64,000 nt of DNA from the NCBI GenBank assembly GCA_965112155.1, contig OZ218104.1. One strand, given 5' to 3'. Both the position numbers and the translations under genes were made by a program. The DNA comes from Podarcis liolepis (taxonomy: Eukaryota). Position 1 is the stretch's first letter. Each line of letters begins with the position of its first letter. The notes beneath the pieces are model-generated. The model worked only from the letters and a program-made list of their open reading frames with translations. It ran no database searches and was not told the DNA's origin. Positions 62,746 to 64,000 of this stretch are shown here, one piece after another.

Positions 62746-64000
62746 ATAGCCCCAACTGGCTTAATGAGGAGGGGCTAAAGCCCAGAGGGAGGCAAGAGCC
62801 CGGCTGCAGCACAAGCCAGCTAAACAGATCAGTCCTTAACGAGGCTGCTCTGCATGCAGGTTTCAGAGAGCAACACGGCCTCCTCCCCAGGGACAGGTGG
62901 ACACGCAGCAGTAGAGATGGGACCAAGCAAGTCTTCCCCAATTGCACAGCAGGCCACAGAATCCTAATTAATCACTCACTACAGCCATTCCGAAAGACAG
63001 AAGACTGTTGGGCTGCGGGGCCCTTAGGCTGCACAGTGGAAAGACCAGAAGCCAGCAGCAGCAACAAGATCAAGAGGCCTAGAAGCAGAAACCATCCCTT
63101 TCAGGTGTGCACATGCCAGCCTCCTTGCAGAATAATGGTATGGAACTATGAACACGCTAGAAGGGGGCAAAGAATGTATGCAGAAGGTACCTTGAACCTG
63201 ACCATTTCTTTGGTGAGGGCTTCCACAGCTCTTTGGCCACAATGAGAGAAGGCAGGAAAACAAATGTTCGGATAAATCTCCTCAATTCCTAAGCATAAAA
63301 ATGTGACTGTCTTCTCAGAAGTTACAAATCCTTACATCAGGTTGGTTCACCTAAATGATCACACTATGTTTATGAGCAAGGCTGAACTGATGGGGAGTAC
63401 ACATTTTATGAAAAAAACATGCCTCTTATAAAGTTCCCATCCCTACCACCGTTATCCAATTTTTCTGGAAGCCTGCAAAATAGGCTAAAATATCCAGCAA
63501 GAGATGCAGGAAGCATTGCCCTCACTCTGATTTGGCTTCATGAAGTCACCTGATTGGCTAGGTGGTATTACTAGGCAGTCCATTTAGAGTGAAGGCAATG
63601 CTTCCTGCCCTTACTCTGATTTTGCTCTGTGACAATACAAATATGACTGGTTGCATTATGACTTTGTATCATTATTTTTGTCTATGTGATCCCAAACTAC
63701 CTAGCTTGTAAATTGACATAGAACCAAGAAGCTTCTAACAAGCTGCAAACAGCACATCTAAAATATTTTTAGATGTTCTTAATATTTTAATTATATTGCT
63801 TTGCTACTTTACCATACCACCTTTGGGAGGAAGGATGGGGTAGAAATTTAATAATTAATAAAAGTAGTTTTTAAAGAAAGGTATTGGGGGATGAAGCTTA
63901 ACCTGACACTTTTTGTTGGTGAAAATTCAGCATACATTTTAGCTCCACAAACTAGTGTAGTAGCTCTGGAAGATGGACACACTCACTTGGAAGTTAACAG

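Overview
Eukaryotic (squamate reptile, most likely lacertid lizard, judged from Sauria SINEs and Squam3-type SINEs) genomic DNA lying entirely inside the ZFHX3/ATBF1 zinc-finger homeobox gene on the minus strand. Five complete coding exons and the start of the next are recognisable, equivalent to human exons 4-8 and the 5' end of exon 9 (numbering from memory). All have canonical GT-AG sites and join into one open reading frame. The rest is intron: L2, CR1 and L1-clade LINE remnants, tRNA-derived SINEs, hAT and Tc1/mariner MITEs, a decayed DIRS gag, LTR pieces, microsatellites, two N-gaps and several TE-free blocks rich in transcription-factor motifs (candidate conserved enhancers). No prokaryotic-type system, CRISPR array, rRNA or tRNA gene is supported. 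Most unusual: a young 990-bp hAT element (perfect TIRs and TSD) carrying a CpG-island promoter-like cargo whose ATG and splice donor are in frame with the next ZFHX3 exon; a TSD-bounded, internally deleted L1 with an ORF1/ORF2 fusion; and a sense-oriented DIRS gag (LAP2alpha-type) relic behind a splice acceptor. All functional interpretations are untested inference.
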